Source: Nitrosopumilus sp. (GTDB lineage Archaea; Thermoproteota; Nitrososphaeria; Nitrososphaerales; Nitrosopumilaceae). Taken from it: DNA of 64,000 nucleotides. Shown in pieces: positions 29,869 to 39,769 of this stretch. A program made the position numbers and the translations under genes. Location of the stretch: contig OZ241981.1 in the NCBI GenBank assembly GCA_965204345.1, positions 1,952,001 through 2,016,000 of the forward strand, in the 5' to 3' direction. The notes beneath the pieces were generated by a model that saw only the letters and a program-made list of their open reading frames with translations, was not told where the DNA came from and searched no databases. Numbering within the stretch: the stretch's first letter is position 1; the number at the start of each line of letters is the position of its first letter.

Positions 29869-30279
29869 CTAGTGTCTTTCTTCATTTTGAACTTCCCACT
29901 GGCTATTTCCAAATCTTGAGGCGACAAATTCTAACTGACCTATTGTTTTGTCCCCCTTCTTAACTTTGGCATAATCTAATCTCTTCATTTTGAATATCTT
30001 CTCCTTTGGCTTGTATCCGCCCTCTATTACTTTGATTTTGAATCTCTTACTTGCCTTGATAATCATTTTTCTTGCACCCTGAACATTGCCAATCCATGAA
30101 AACATTTCAAATTCCCCAAAGTTCTCAGTAGATACGTTATAGCCGTATAATCTAGCCTCAAGCTTGATTGAATGTGTCCTTGCCTGCTCGTTTAACCATG
30201 CAATGACTTTTTCACCGTGTCCCTTCTCGACTCCAAATGTCTCTGAATCCCCCATAATTACATCTGAGATACTAATCAA
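29869..30279 (-). CDS. Hypothetical protein
   Basis: Clean ORF co-oriented with neighbours; true start possibly MGDSETF. Confidence 0.7.
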   Translation of the reverse strand: MISISDVIMGDSETFGVEKGHGEKVIAWLNEQARTHSIKLEARLYGYNVSTENFGEFEMFSWIGNVQGARKMIIKASKRFKIKVIEGGYKPKEKIFKMKRLDYAKVKKGDKTIGQLEFVASRFGNSQWEVQNEERH

Positions 30280-30336
30280 TAATAATCATTTTCAAACTAT
30301 TGTTAAACTAAAATATTCATTAAATTATCATATTTT

Positions 30337-30717
30337 ATGCTCACAATTGATTGCAAGGATGTTGTTTCGATTAAAAATGATTTGCTTGTCTATGTTGCAG
30401 ATCAGGTCGCTGCCCTCCCGACCTTGAAACATGATCAGTTCACTCTGTCTTCTTTGGATGATGATGATGAAATAATTGACACTGTCAAAGTAATTTCTGC
30501 AATAAAAGAATATTTGAACTCTATAAATGAGGAAAAAAACTTTGCAATTACATCAAATAACGATCTCATCAACATTACTTCTATTTCTGGAAAGATAATT
30601 GAGACGCCTGCCAATGGCGATGAGCCAAAACATGAGCTGTTTTCATGCACTCATTGTGGTTTTGTAACCCAGTACCAAGCTGAGTTGACAGTCCACATGA
30701 GAATTCACTACATCTAG
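30337..30717 (+). CDS. C2H2 zinc-finger protein
   Basis: C-terminal CTHCGF...HMRIHY. Confidence 0.8.
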   Translation: MLTIDCKDVVSIKNDLLVYVADQVAALPTLKHDQFTLSSLDDDDEIIDTVKVISAIKEYLNSINEEKNFAITSNNDLINITSISGKIIETPANGDEPKHELFSCTHCGFVTQYQAELTVHMRIHYI

Positions 30718-31045
30718 TTTTTTAGGATTTCGTTGTCTTTTTAACTACCGACATTTCTGCTACTATTGCAAAATATGATGTGAAAATACATTTTGATATT
30801 CTGATACATTACTACTTGGCACTTTGTATGTTTTGAAATTTGTCCTAATTCCTTACTGCTTGCCTGATTTCCAAAAATATCCCTGATGATTATTTTACAT
30901 TGGTTTTGTTTTATTGCATGTCTTTTACTATACTATAAAATTCCAAATGCTGCCACAAAAAAGCCTGTCATACATTCATCGGCCATCTTCCTCATATCCT
31001 GATTTTCAGCAGGATCTTTATAAGCACTAATTCCCCAAATATCGT

Positions 31046-31234
31046 GTGAAAAGACCTTTTAAAAATAATACGATTAGGGTATATTGTGAAAAATGTGATC
31101 TAATTTTTGAATCTCGGGAAAAATTTGACAGGCATCTTGACTCTCATTCTTCTAATGTGGCATGTGAGGTATGTCCCATTGATACGATAATTTCCAAATT
31201 TGCCAATATTTTAAAAAAAGCCTTCTTCCCGTAA
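31046..31234 (+). CDS. Small C2H2 zinc-finger protein
   Basis: CEKC..F...HLDSH...CEVCPID. Confidence 0.7.
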   Translation: MKRPFKNNTIRVYCEKCDLIFESREKFDRHLDSHSSNVACEVCPIDTIISKFANILKKAFFP

Positions 31235-31276
31235 TTTGGAATAAGTTTTTTTAACCGATTATTTCTGATTCTAATT

Positions 31277-31942
31277 ATGAATAAAAAAGGCCTAGTTGTA
31301 GGTGCCGTAATTATTGCAGCTATAGTTGGAATTGCAGCATCGGCGTCTTTGTCCTCATCATCTGAAACTGCTAATCTTGCCATGGGTAGGGAGCACGGAA
31401 CTATCTCTACTGCCATGGGCTCTCCCATCTTGGGTGATCCAGATGCACCGATTACTATTGTAGAATTTGGTGATTATCAGTGCCATCAATGTTACAATTG
31501 GTTTCATAACACCAAGCCTGCAATAATGCGTGAGTATATTGAAACTGGAAAAGCAAATCTGGTCTTTGTTGACTTGGCATTTTTGGGACGTGATTCTCCA
31601 AAAGCTGCTCAGGCAACTTATTGTGCTGAGGACCAGCAAATGTATTGGCAATATCACGAGATGCTCTACAATTCCCAAGAACCTACAATCGATGGCGGAT
31701 GGGCAAACTCAGAGCGACTAAAGGCATTTGCATTTGCCTTGGGACTCGATATGGGCTTGTTTGAGAGCTGCCTTGATTCTAATAAATATTCAAAGCGTGT
31801 TCAGTATAATTCACAGCAGGCAAGAGATCATGATGTAAGAGGAACTCCTGGATTTTTTGTTGTAGGTCCTGATGGACAAGAACAGCTCGGAGGCGCACAA
31901 CCATTTTCAGTATTCAAACAAGTACTGGATGCAATGGTCTAA
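31277..31942 (+). CDS. DsbA-family thiol-disulfide oxidoreductase
   Basis: GDPDAPITIVEFGDYQCHQC, GTPGF and GAQP motifs. Confidence 0.92.
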   Translation: MNKKGLVVGAVIIAAIVGIAASASLSSSSETANLAMGREHGTISTAMGSPILGDPDAPITIVEFGDYQCHQCYNWFHNTKPAIMREYIETGKANLVFVDLAFLGRDSPKAAQATYCAEDQQMYWQYHEMLYNSQEPTIDGGWANSERLKAFAFALGLDMGLFESCLDSNKYSKRVQYNSQQARDHDVRGTPGFFVVGPDGQEQLGGAQPFSVFKQVLDAMV

Positions 31943-32427
31943 TGATACCTGCAACTAAACTGGTATTTTCAAACCCAAAATATTTTCTTTTATCTTTTGC
32001 CATTTTCACTTCCATGTCTGTTGGCCTGTTGATTTTATCAGAGTATATTTTCTTGGAACCTTATGTTGTTAGCCATCTTCCATCTGGCACAGAATTTGGA
32101 TTTGCACTGATAATAGTAATTTCGGTGTTATCTGCACTGGTCCTGCCTATGAATATCTTTAGAATAAACATCTTGAAAAAATCTAAACAAAAAATGGGCG
32201 GTGGCATGTTTGGCTCTATAATTGGCGCAGCAGCTGGTGCATGCAGCTGTGGGCCGGTTGGATTTGCCGTAATCTCCACTTTTGGTTCAGTAGGTGCCAC
32301 TGCAACTGCATTTCTAACCAATTATGAAATGCCGATTCGAATAATTGCAATCGGAATTCTGGTTATTACCTATTTTACCACTGTAAAATCACTAAAAACT
32401 GAATGCAAGTTTGATCCGTCTTCTTAA
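31942..32427 (+). CDS. Membrane protein with CxC motif, coupled to DsbA
   Basis: About 4 TMs, GACSCG; start overlaps the DsbA stop. Confidence 0.8.
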   Translation: MIPATKLVFSNPKYFLLSFAIFTSMSVGLLILSEYIFLEPYVVSHLPSGTEFGFALIIVISVLSALVLPMNIFRINILKKSKQKMGGGMFGSIIGAAAGACSCGPVGFAVISTFGSVGATATAFLTNYEMPIRIIAIGILVITYFTTVKSLKTECKFDPSS

Positions 32428-33108
32428 TGAGCTAGAAATTACCCATTAGGCAAACTTTTGGATATTGTTGATACCTTTTAGTACATTTGAAATTATACTC
32501 TTTTATGCGTAAAGTAGATCAAATTTCAGAAGATGATGCATGGGATAATTTTATTTCGATGATTAGCAATGACAAGACACAAAATATCCCTGCTGTTTCG
32601 TAACTGGGATATCTTTTTTAGGATTTTTTTTTCGCTCAGAATTAACCGCATCTATTCCATTTAGAGTGTTCAAATAGTCAGCATAAATCCCCATGGTCTT
32701 CAAAAGAGTGTTGTGAAACTTTTCAATAAACTAAATTTAAAAATTGAGAAAGTGGTAGACATTCGTAATAAGATGGATGCAGAATTGAAAATGTTTTAAA
32801 AAATACAGATAAACAAATTTTAAAAATCTAATATTTGTGCCTTTATTATCTGAAGGTTCTTCTTCAGAAGTTAATTCTACAACAGTTTCAGATGCTTCTT
32901 CTTCATCATCATCATACGTAATTTCTATATTTGATTGCTCTTGAACATGTTTTACTAAAAACAAATGTGGCCTCTAACCAAAGCCAAGAAAACTAGTTCA
33001 TTTTTCCTTGTTCTTTAATTCAAAAGTGAACTTTGGTATCAATTATGCACTAAATAGGCAAATTTTTACAACCTTGGAATGTATCTTCTAGTCTTTTGAA
33101 CTGTTACC

Positions 33109-33186
33109 ATGACATTCATTTATGTTCCAATTAGGCCTAGTAGGAGAGATCCTGAAGCTGACGAAATAGAAGATGCTGAAGATTAA
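33109..33186 (+). CDS. Micropeptide A (25 aa, PIRPSRRD-acidic)
   Basis: MTFIYVPIRPSRRDPEADEIEDAED; paralogue at 35406. Confidence 0.65.
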   Translation: MTFIYVPIRPSRRDPEADEIEDAED

Positions 33187-33276
33187 GGCATCTCCTCCAA
33201 ATTTCCATTCTGGTCTGGCATATTTTCAAAACCATCAAGGTTGTGATATTTATTTGCCTTTTTCAAATTCAACGCA

Positions 33277-34215
33277 ATGCAGAATTGGAGTCTGATCTTT
33301 GGGATTATCATAGCTTCCAGTCCGATTCTTTTTGCAATGGCTGCGTTTCCTGATTCCATAGCCTGGAGCTGGAATGAAGGAAGGGGCGGTTATTTCTTTG
33401 CCCTTATCTTTGTTGTAGCTGAGTTAATTGGATTAAAAATTGTAATCTCAAGAAAAAAACTGCTATCTGTAATCCCTATAGCCCTTGTAGTTGTTGGCTA
33501 TCTTGTTTCCCTAGAGTATGGTCTGCGAGAATACATTATTGCTTCTGCAGAATCCTTTGACGTTCAGCTAATTGACTCTTGGACCTGGATGTGGGACTTT
33601 GTTGTTATGGCAATCTTTGTAGTTGTTGCCTTGAGTATCTTTTTTGGAAGGCGTTGGATTCGAATTGCCCCTGCGGGACCTATATTTCTGACCGGTACTG
33701 CAATAATTCTCTCACTTGATGCATTTTTCCCATATGACACGCTTGGTCCCTTACAATATGTCGTCCCATACTTTGTCCAAGCAAATGTTTGGATAATCAC
33801 TGCACTTGATCTTGGAACCGCAATTGCCCGTGATAATGTGATGTTCTTGCGTGGTGATCATGGCTCGATGGCGCTTCAGGTATTTTGGCCATCAGCCGGC
33901 GTTCACAGCATAGTCATCTTTTCACTGGTAATTGGTGCCTTTATGTTAAAACTCAATATCCCAAGACATCGAAAATCCATCTATTTTGTTTTGGGAATCA
34001 TCGGGACCATAATTGTCAACCTGATTCGAATATTCTCTCTGTCTTGGTATGCTCTCAAGGTTACCACTGATCCTGTTGCTTGGGAGGAATATCACAAAAT
34101 TGCAGGCGAAATCATGTTCTTGCCTTGGCTATTTGCCTTTATTCTGGTTGTAATTTTGATAGAATCCAGGCGACTCAAAAAATCTGAAAAACAACCCTCT
34201 AAAAGTATGACGTAA
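33277..34215 (+). CDS. artG: Thaumarchaeosortase (exosortase/archaeosortase family)
   Basis: Multi-TM; V.W.SAG, NLIRI and YH positions equivalent to the exosortase Cys/Arg/His triad. Confidence 0.75.
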   Translation: MQNWSLIFGIIIASSPILFAMAAFPDSIAWSWNEGRGGYFFALIFVVAELIGLKIVISRKKLLSVIPIALVVVGYLVSLEYGLREYIIASAESFDVQLIDSWTWMWDFVVMAIFVVVALSIFFGRRWIRIAPAGPIFLTGTAIILSLDAFFPYDTLGPLQYVVPYFVQANVWIITALDLGTAIARDNVMFLRGDHGSMALQVFWPSAGVHSIVIFSLVIGAFMLKLNIPRHRKSIYFVLGIIGTIIVNLIRIFSLSWYALKVTTDPVAWEEYHKIAGEIMFLPWLFAFILVVILIESRRLKKSEKQPSKSMT

Positions 34216-35299
34216 TATCGCTCTGTCCCTGAATCCCTGTTAGTTCTGCAACCCTTACGCCCAGTCTTCTAATTGTCATGGCCTGATCTTCTAATGCCTC
34301 CTTTAGCAGCTGTTCTGCTGTTTTTTCCAACTCCTCTATGCTTGCTGTGGGACTGCGCAACATTCTTGATTTTGATTTGTTTGATAAATCAGACTGTACA
34401 AAATGTATTCCTACTGATTTGAACATTTGATTGTTTTTTTTCACAACCTCATGCACTTGTTGACATAATACTTTGATATTTTCTGATAAGAACTGATGAT
34501 CTTTTGAATCCTTTTTTAGCGTTGTAATTTTACTGTACTGTATTCTTGCCTCTCTCTCTTTAACCGGCTCTCTGTCTATCCCTCTTGCTGCGTTGTAGAT
34601 GTATGCCCCTGTTTTTCTACCAAACACATTATTCAGGGTAAAAATATCAATCTTTTTTAAATCTTGTATGGTTTCCAAACTCATCCCTGAAAGTTTTTCC
34701 TCTATTTTCTTACCGATACCAGGTATTGCTCTGATTTTTAATGAGTCTAAAAATACCTCAACTTTTTCTGGCGATACTGCTGTTAACCCATCTGGCTTTT
34801 GATAGTCTGATGCAATTTTTGAGATTAATTTGTTTGGTGAAATTCCTATTGAGCAGCTAAGTCTTATCCTGTCTCTTATGGAGTTTTTTATCTGCTGTGC
34901 TAAGTGATTTGCTTTTTCATAACTCCCTTCTGTTCTTTTGGTTACATCCAAGTATGCCTCATCCCTTCCAACATATTCAAAAATATCTGCGCTGTCTTTC
35001 ATAATCTCCATTGCCTTTTCAGACATGTCTGAATAGAAATCAAAATCCACTGACAGAAACACTGCATCCTTTCTTTCCCCTAGTCTTTTTTTTGCAAAAA
35101 CTATCGGAATTCCTGATTTTACCCCGTATTTTCTGGCTGTATAGTTTGCTGTTGCAATTGCACCGCTATCCCCGCCCCTGTCTGAAAAAACACAAACACA
35201 TACCGGCTTTGATTTTAACTCCGGGGCTCTTACTTCTTCACATTGGGCATAAAAATAGTCAAAATCTATGTGGAAAACTATTCTTGTTTCCAATACCAT
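34199..35299 (-). CDS. dinB: Y-family DNA polymerase IV (DinB/Dpo4)
   Basis: HIDFDYFYAQ, ANYTARKYG, DEAYLD and KPDG motifs. Confidence 0.95.
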   Translation of the reverse strand: MVLETRIVFHIDFDYFYAQCEEVRAPELKSKPVCVCVFSDRGGDSGAIATANYTARKYGVKSGIPIVFAKKRLGERKDAVFLSVDFDFYSDMSEKAMEIMKDSADIFEYVGRDEAYLDVTKRTEGSYEKANHLAQQIKNSIRDRIRLSCSIGISPNKLISKIASDYQKPDGLTAVSPEKVEVFLDSLKIRAIPGIGKKIEEKLSGMSLETIQDLKKIDIFTLNNVFGRKTGAYIYNAARGIDREPVKEREARIQYSKITTLKKDSKDHQFLSENIKVLCQQVHEVVKKNNQMFKSVGIHFVQSDLSNKSKSRMLRSPTASIEELEKTAEQLLKEALEDQAMTIRRLGVRVAELTGIQGQSDITSYF

Positions 35300-35405
35300 G
35301 CTGATTCTTTTTGATTATTATTATATTGTGTCCCTTTTAACCTCTCTTTTTTAAAAAGTACGATTTCTACGTCTCTATTAAATACAAATTTGTACAATCT
35401 CTCAT

Positions 35406-35471
35406 ATGACAGTAATGTACATACCGATTCGGCCCTCTAGAAGAGACGACGACGACGAATCCGAAGACTGA
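35406..35471 (+). CDS. Micropeptide B (21 aa, PIRPSRRD-acidic)
   Basis: MTVMYIPIRPSRRDDDDESED; TATA-like tattaaata about 25 nt upstream (leaderless). Confidence 0.65.
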   Translation: MTVMYIPIRPSRRDDDDESED

Positions 35472-35481
35472 TCTCCGGGTT

Positions 35482-35934
35482 TTATCTTGGCGGTTCCTTT
35501 TTGATTCTGTAGATGTTTTTCTTTGATATCACAATGACCTCATTATCCTGTGTCGTTCCTTCACAATCTATTGAGATTTTTCCATACGTATCATCAATAT
35601 CCTCTTTTTGCGACAGTGTAAATTTTAGTTTCAATACCTGATCTGTGTACAGTGGCTTGAGAAACCTGGTGTTTCTGTTCTCCCATTTTGCATCTCCGTC
35701 TGTACCTAGAAAAACTATATGATTCCCATAAACTTGATTCAATCTTGTAAATTCCCCCTCCATTCTTGAAAGAATTGCCCTTCCTGATACTAGATGCCTG
35801 CTATCGTTTTTTCTGTCTTCTAAAAAAGCATTTTTGACTCTTGAAAATTTTAGATACTCTTCAAGCTCTTTATCTGATATGCTGCATGTGGAATAAAATG
35901 ATTCTCCTACCTGAAATTCTGAAAATTTTTTCAT
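35482..35934 (-). CDS. Hot-dog fold (MaoC-like) protein
   Basis: FQVGES...RFLKPLY pattern. Confidence 0.6.
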   Translation of the reverse strand: MKKFSEFQVGESFYSTCSISDKELEEYLKFSRVKNAFLEDRKNDSRHLVSGRAILSRMEGEFTRLNQVYGNHIVFLGTDGDAKWENRNTRFLKPLYTDQVLKLKFTLSQKEDIDDTYGKISIDCEGTTQDNEVIVISKKNIYRIKKEPPR

Positions 35935-35936
35935 TG

Positions 35937-37703
35937 TTACCTTGACTCATCAACACAGAAAATTACTTCTGATGATGAATTGGAACTATCTGTAACTAGG
36001 AAATTAAACGCCTCTGCAATTTTTTGATTATCTGGCTCTGTTCCCGTAACTGAGCCTGGGAAAATTGTAAAGATTCTGATCTGTGATTTTAGGACATCGC
36101 TGAGTTCTTGATTAACTGTGGTTGTAAACGGCCTTAGTGCCCCCCTGAATACCTCTATCTGTGCCCTTTGTGTTCCTGTAACCTTTCTTCCCACCGGGAG
36201 GTCAGGGCCAATTATCATGATGGAACCTGTTGTGTCTTTGAAGAGCCTTGGATCTTTTCCTCCGCCTGGAACAAACTCTTCAAGCGCTCTTTGGGCAACA
36301 GTTGCAGGAGTTGAGATGAATTTTGCAACCAGTTCTTCCCATTCTGTCCTGTTTAACTCTGTCAATTTTTCAATTTTTGGCAATTTTCCTGTAACGTGAA
36401 TTACCCCTAGAATCTCCCCAATGTTGGTTTTGGCCGTGTTTAGCCATCTTTCAACTTGTTCTGGATTGGCAATGTCTACAACATGTGAGTGGAATTTTCC
36501 GCTAATTTGTTCTTGCAAGTTTGCAGGCGTTGTCTGTGAGATAAAACATGCGACTTTTCCTCCGTTCTTTTCAACATGCCCTGCCAAATACTCTACCCTA
36601 TCTGCATCTGTTTTGTCAGTCGCGTCAATTGTGAATACTATTGTCTTTCCACCAAAGTCTGGCTGATGTACTCCCGGGGCAGCAGTTCCAATGTGTGCCT
36701 TTACTGGATAAAATACTCTGTCCCCTGGAATGACTTTGCCGTTGATGATCTTTGCAATTTTATCATCACACAAATTAAGGACTGATTCTGCAACCTGTGC
36801 TTGTGATAAAAATTCCCGATTGGCAATCATGTGAGATGTGTTGTTTTGAACCTTTTCTGCAATTGTTTGAATCTTTGTCAATAGGCCAGTTAATGTCCCT
36901 GTAAGTTTGGCAACATCTTTTCCATTTGCCACTTTTTCTGCCACTTTAGCGATTCCTTCCTTATCGATCCCATCAGCTAAAATACATTCTAACAAGTCAT
37001 CTTTTACTTCCTCTACTTTTACTGGGGACAAATCCTCAAATCCGCTAACTCTCATAAACTCTGCTGCAGCTTTTGGATATACTGTCTTGTAAATCCTATC
37101 TGAATGGACCGGACCTGGATTTGTTGCAATTGATATGATTCCTCTCTCAGCTAGTTCCCATGACATGCATTCAGCCAGTCTGTTCTTTGCACCCTGTGAT
37201 GCCGTATACGGACTTCTGAACCTATACGGTCTCTGTTCTAATGGCCTTTCTTCAGTAAAGAACGTAGATATTGTGATTATTTTTCCTCCCTCCTTCATTA
37301 CTTTTAGTGCCTGAACCGAACCCCAGAATGTTCCAGTAAGATGAATTCCTACGGTGCTCTTAAATTCGTCAAGTGGGGAGTTTGCAAAGCAAGTTACAGG
37401 ACCGGAGACTCCTGCGTTGTTAATTATGTAATCCAATGTAATGTTTTGACTCTTCAATGTGTCAAACATGCTGTTGATTGCCCCCTCGTCTGCAACATCC
37501 ACTCCTGCAAAAATCCTCACCGTGGCATTTACTGATTGTGGGATCTTGCCTTTAAGCTCTTTTGCTGCTGCCTCTAATGGCTCTTTTCTTCTTCCAAGAA
37601 TGATTACGCTGGCGCCTTCTTCGATAAACTTGGTGGCAATGGCCTTGCCAATCCCTGTTCCGCTTCCTGTAATCAGAGCAATCTTGTTCTGGAATTTTGA
37701 CAT
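35937..37703 (-). CDS. Two-domain SDR oxidoreductase, malonyl-CoA reductase-like
   Basis: TGSGTGIG, NNAG, YRFRSPY (YxxRxxY) and PGPVHSDRI; second degenerate SDR domain. Confidence 0.75.
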   Translation of the reverse strand: MSKFQNKIALITGSGTGIGKAIATKFIEEGASVIILGRRKEPLEAAAKELKGKIPQSVNATVRIFAGVDVADEGAINSMFDTLKSQNITLDYIINNAGVSGPVTCFANSPLDEFKSTVGIHLTGTFWGSVQALKVMKEGGKIITISTFFTEERPLEQRPYRFRSPYTASQGAKNRLAECMSWELAERGIISIATNPGPVHSDRIYKTVYPKAAAEFMRVSGFEDLSPVKVEEVKDDLLECILADGIDKEGIAKVAEKVANGKDVAKLTGTLTGLLTKIQTIAEKVQNNTSHMIANREFLSQAQVAESVLNLCDDKIAKIINGKVIPGDRVFYPVKAHIGTAAPGVHQPDFGGKTIVFTIDATDKTDADRVEYLAGHVEKNGGKVACFISQTTPANLQEQISGKFHSHVVDIANPEQVERWLNTAKTNIGEILGVIHVTGKLPKIEKLTELNRTEWEELVAKFISTPATVAQRALEEFVPGGGKDPRLFKDTTGSIMIIGPDLPVGRKVTGTQRAQIEVFRGALRPFTTTVNQELSDVLKSQIRIFTIFPGSVTGTEPDNQKIAEAFNFLVTDSSNSSSEVIFCVDESR

Positions 37704-37802
37704 GAATAAAGTCTCCCTTCATCTGTGATATTTATTTGGATTGATCTCCGAGGCGATTCTTTTCTTGATATCTTTATTTGTGGGTATGATTGATGATTCT
37801 TA

Positions 37803-38039
37803 ATGCATGATACAGAATCAGACACATTTGTCTATCAATCATGGCCTGAAAAATTTGCCATAATGCTAAAAGAGATTGGTATAGATGCTGAATCCAAAGA
37901 AATTGGAACCGATGAAATTGAAAATGATGACTATTACAGTAGATATTTTGCTCAGACGCCCAGAATGGTGACTAACAAGGGATGTATTGACGTTAGGAAT
38001 TCAAATATTGACGCAGTACAAATTATTCAAAAGGGATAA
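37803..38039 (+). CDS. Hypothetical protein
   Basis: ORF in tandem with the next gene. Confidence 0.7.
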   Translation: MHDTESDTFVYQSWPEKFAIMLKEIGIDAESKEIGTDEIENDDYYSRYFAQTPRMVTNKGCIDVRNSNIDAVQIIQKG

Positions 38040-38041
38040 TC

Positions 38042-38419
38042 ATGCAAGATCCTAATCCGCTTCCATGGGGTGCACTAGATAGATTTCAGGCTCAGTTTAT
38101 CGTAAGAAAATCTGCTGGCTCTGCTTTTAACAATTATGTTGCAAAAACCAAACTTACCACCCGGGGTCATTTTGCCTCCAAATCAGTAGTTAAGGTAGAA
38201 TGGAATGGCTCTGGAAGCTTGGCCTCCATACTAAATGATGATGCTGAGTTAAACGGCTTGATTGCAAGGCAGTCCGTAAAGGATGCAACCATCTATGTCG
38301 AGCCCACAGAGGTAGCAGTCAGAATCAGAGGCAAATGGGATAATCACATTGCTTTTGGAATTACAAAGGAACTTTTTGAAATCTATGACAGAATAGCAGG
38401 TCACATTAAATCCGTTTAG
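38042..38419 (+). CDS. Hypothetical protein
   Basis: ORF 2 nt after the previous stop. Confidence 0.75.
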   Translation: MQDPNPLPWGALDRFQAQFIVRKSAGSAFNNYVAKTKLTTRGHFASKSVVKVEWNGSGSLASILNDDAELNGLIARQSVKDATIYVEPTEVAVRIRGKWDNHIAFGITKELFEIYDRIAGHIKSV

Positions 38420-38952
38420 GCCTTCCACCAATCCAAGGCCAAAAAATCCACCTTGTCTTTGCCTTTTGGAATTGCCAAAATGAACTGCTTTCTAACCGTG
38501 GTTGCAAGCCTGCCTGCAAGAACTATTCCCGTGGATGTGATTGACTCATTTCTTTTATACACCTGAATCAAGAACGGGGCATGATCTATGCCAGGACCTT
38601 TTTCATACACTGCAAAGTCACAGCCAAACTTTATCCCCGGATTTATGATGTATCCCTTGTCTCTGAAATTTTTATAGACTAGATATTTTTTATCAAATTC
38701 GTGAACCTCTTTTTTACAAATTGCAACTAATTTTTCTACAGTTATCCTTTTTTTGTATTGTATGACTGTTATTTTTTTATTCTCCAAAAGGTACAACCCT
38801 TCAATGAGATCTAAAATTAACGGCGCGTCTATTTCACTGATCTTTGGTTTTGGTATGCCTATTGGTTTTCCATAGTACCCCCTGCTGAAAAGCTTTTTTG
38901 AGTCTTCAATATCCCATACGATTATCCTGTTTTCAATTAATTCACTTTTCAT
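38416..38952 (-). CDS. endA: tRNA-intron endonuclease catalytic subunit
   Basis: LDLIEGLYL, GIKFGCDFAVY..GPG.DHA and RLATTVRK motifs. Confidence 0.93.
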   Translation of the reverse strand: MKSELIENRIIVWDIEDSKKLFSRGYYGKPIGIPKPKISEIDAPLILDLIEGLYLLENKKITVIQYKKRITVEKLVAICKKEVHEFDKKYLVYKNFRDKGYIINPGIKFGCDFAVYEKGPGIDHAPFLIQVYKRNESITSTGIVLAGRLATTVRKQFILAIPKGKDKVDFLALDWWKA

Positions 38953-39048
38953 TGTTTTTACAAGTCACTATCTGTATATGAATTCTCTAGTACTGCAGGA
39001 TTTTTTTTAAGCTAAAAATAAAGTAAAGTGGTGGGAATTTTAGTTTTA

Positions 39049-39702
39049 TTACAGGCTCAATGCCAATAATATGAAGGAATCCGATACTCTTTGGCATTTG
39101 TCTGCCATCTCCTCGATTCCCTCAATGACATCCTTGATCAACATCAACTCTTTTGTGTTTGTCACTTCTGTTAGAAGCTTCAATGTTGCCTGCCGGTATT
39201 TTATGTCAATTTCTCTTTCAATGGTCTGTGTTTCTTGGGCTAATTCAATGGCATTTGCTGTGTTTGTGTTCAGGCTGCGTATGATTTCATTTAGTTTGTA
39301 AACTTCGTCTACTACCAACTCTATGAGTACCGTAATGTCCTTGTCCAGTTTTGCACTTTTCAGTGTTGAAATTTTTACATTTGATAGCTTAAATGAAATA
39401 CCTGTGATGTAACCTGCAATTTCATCCATTGTATAAGCTGTGTTTAGAAGATTTTCCCTATTCATGATTAATCCTCCAACATCTGCAACTTCGCGTGTAA
39501 TCTTTCTTCTCAAGTTTTCAACTTCTTCCTCAATTGTTGAGATTTGCTCAAGCGTGTTTTTGATTCCTGGCTTGTCTTTTTTCATCATTAGTTCAGGCAG
39601 TGTTGCAAGTTCTCTGGATGCATTTAGAATCCTGTTGATTTCGTCTTGTAAAACTGCGATAGCCTTTCTTTTTGCTTGAACCTCAAGCTCTCCGCTATAC
39701 AT
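39049..39702 (-). CDS. DUF47 / PhoU-like phosphate transport regulator
   Basis: Two helical repeats, E...D..Y and IEEMADKC. Confidence 0.8.
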   Translation of the reverse strand: MYSGELEVQAKRKAIAVLQDEINRILNASRELATLPELMMKKDKPGIKNTLEQISTIEEEVENLRRKITREVADVGGLIMNRENLLNTAYTMDEIAGYITGISFKLSNVKISTLKSAKLDKDITVLIELVVDEVYKLNEIIRSLNTNTANAIELAQETQTIEREIDIKYRQATLKLLTEVTNTKELMLIKDVIEGIEEMADKCQRVSDSFILLALSL

Positions 39703-39769
39703 AACATAAATGCAAAAACTTTGAGGTAATTTAAATCCTCTACGGTTTTAGATATTTTTTGAGCACAAA

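Noticed and set aside
32737-32964. 75-aa acidic ORF
   Set aside because: TTG start, low complexity and no motif; may be a gene fragment but is unsupported.
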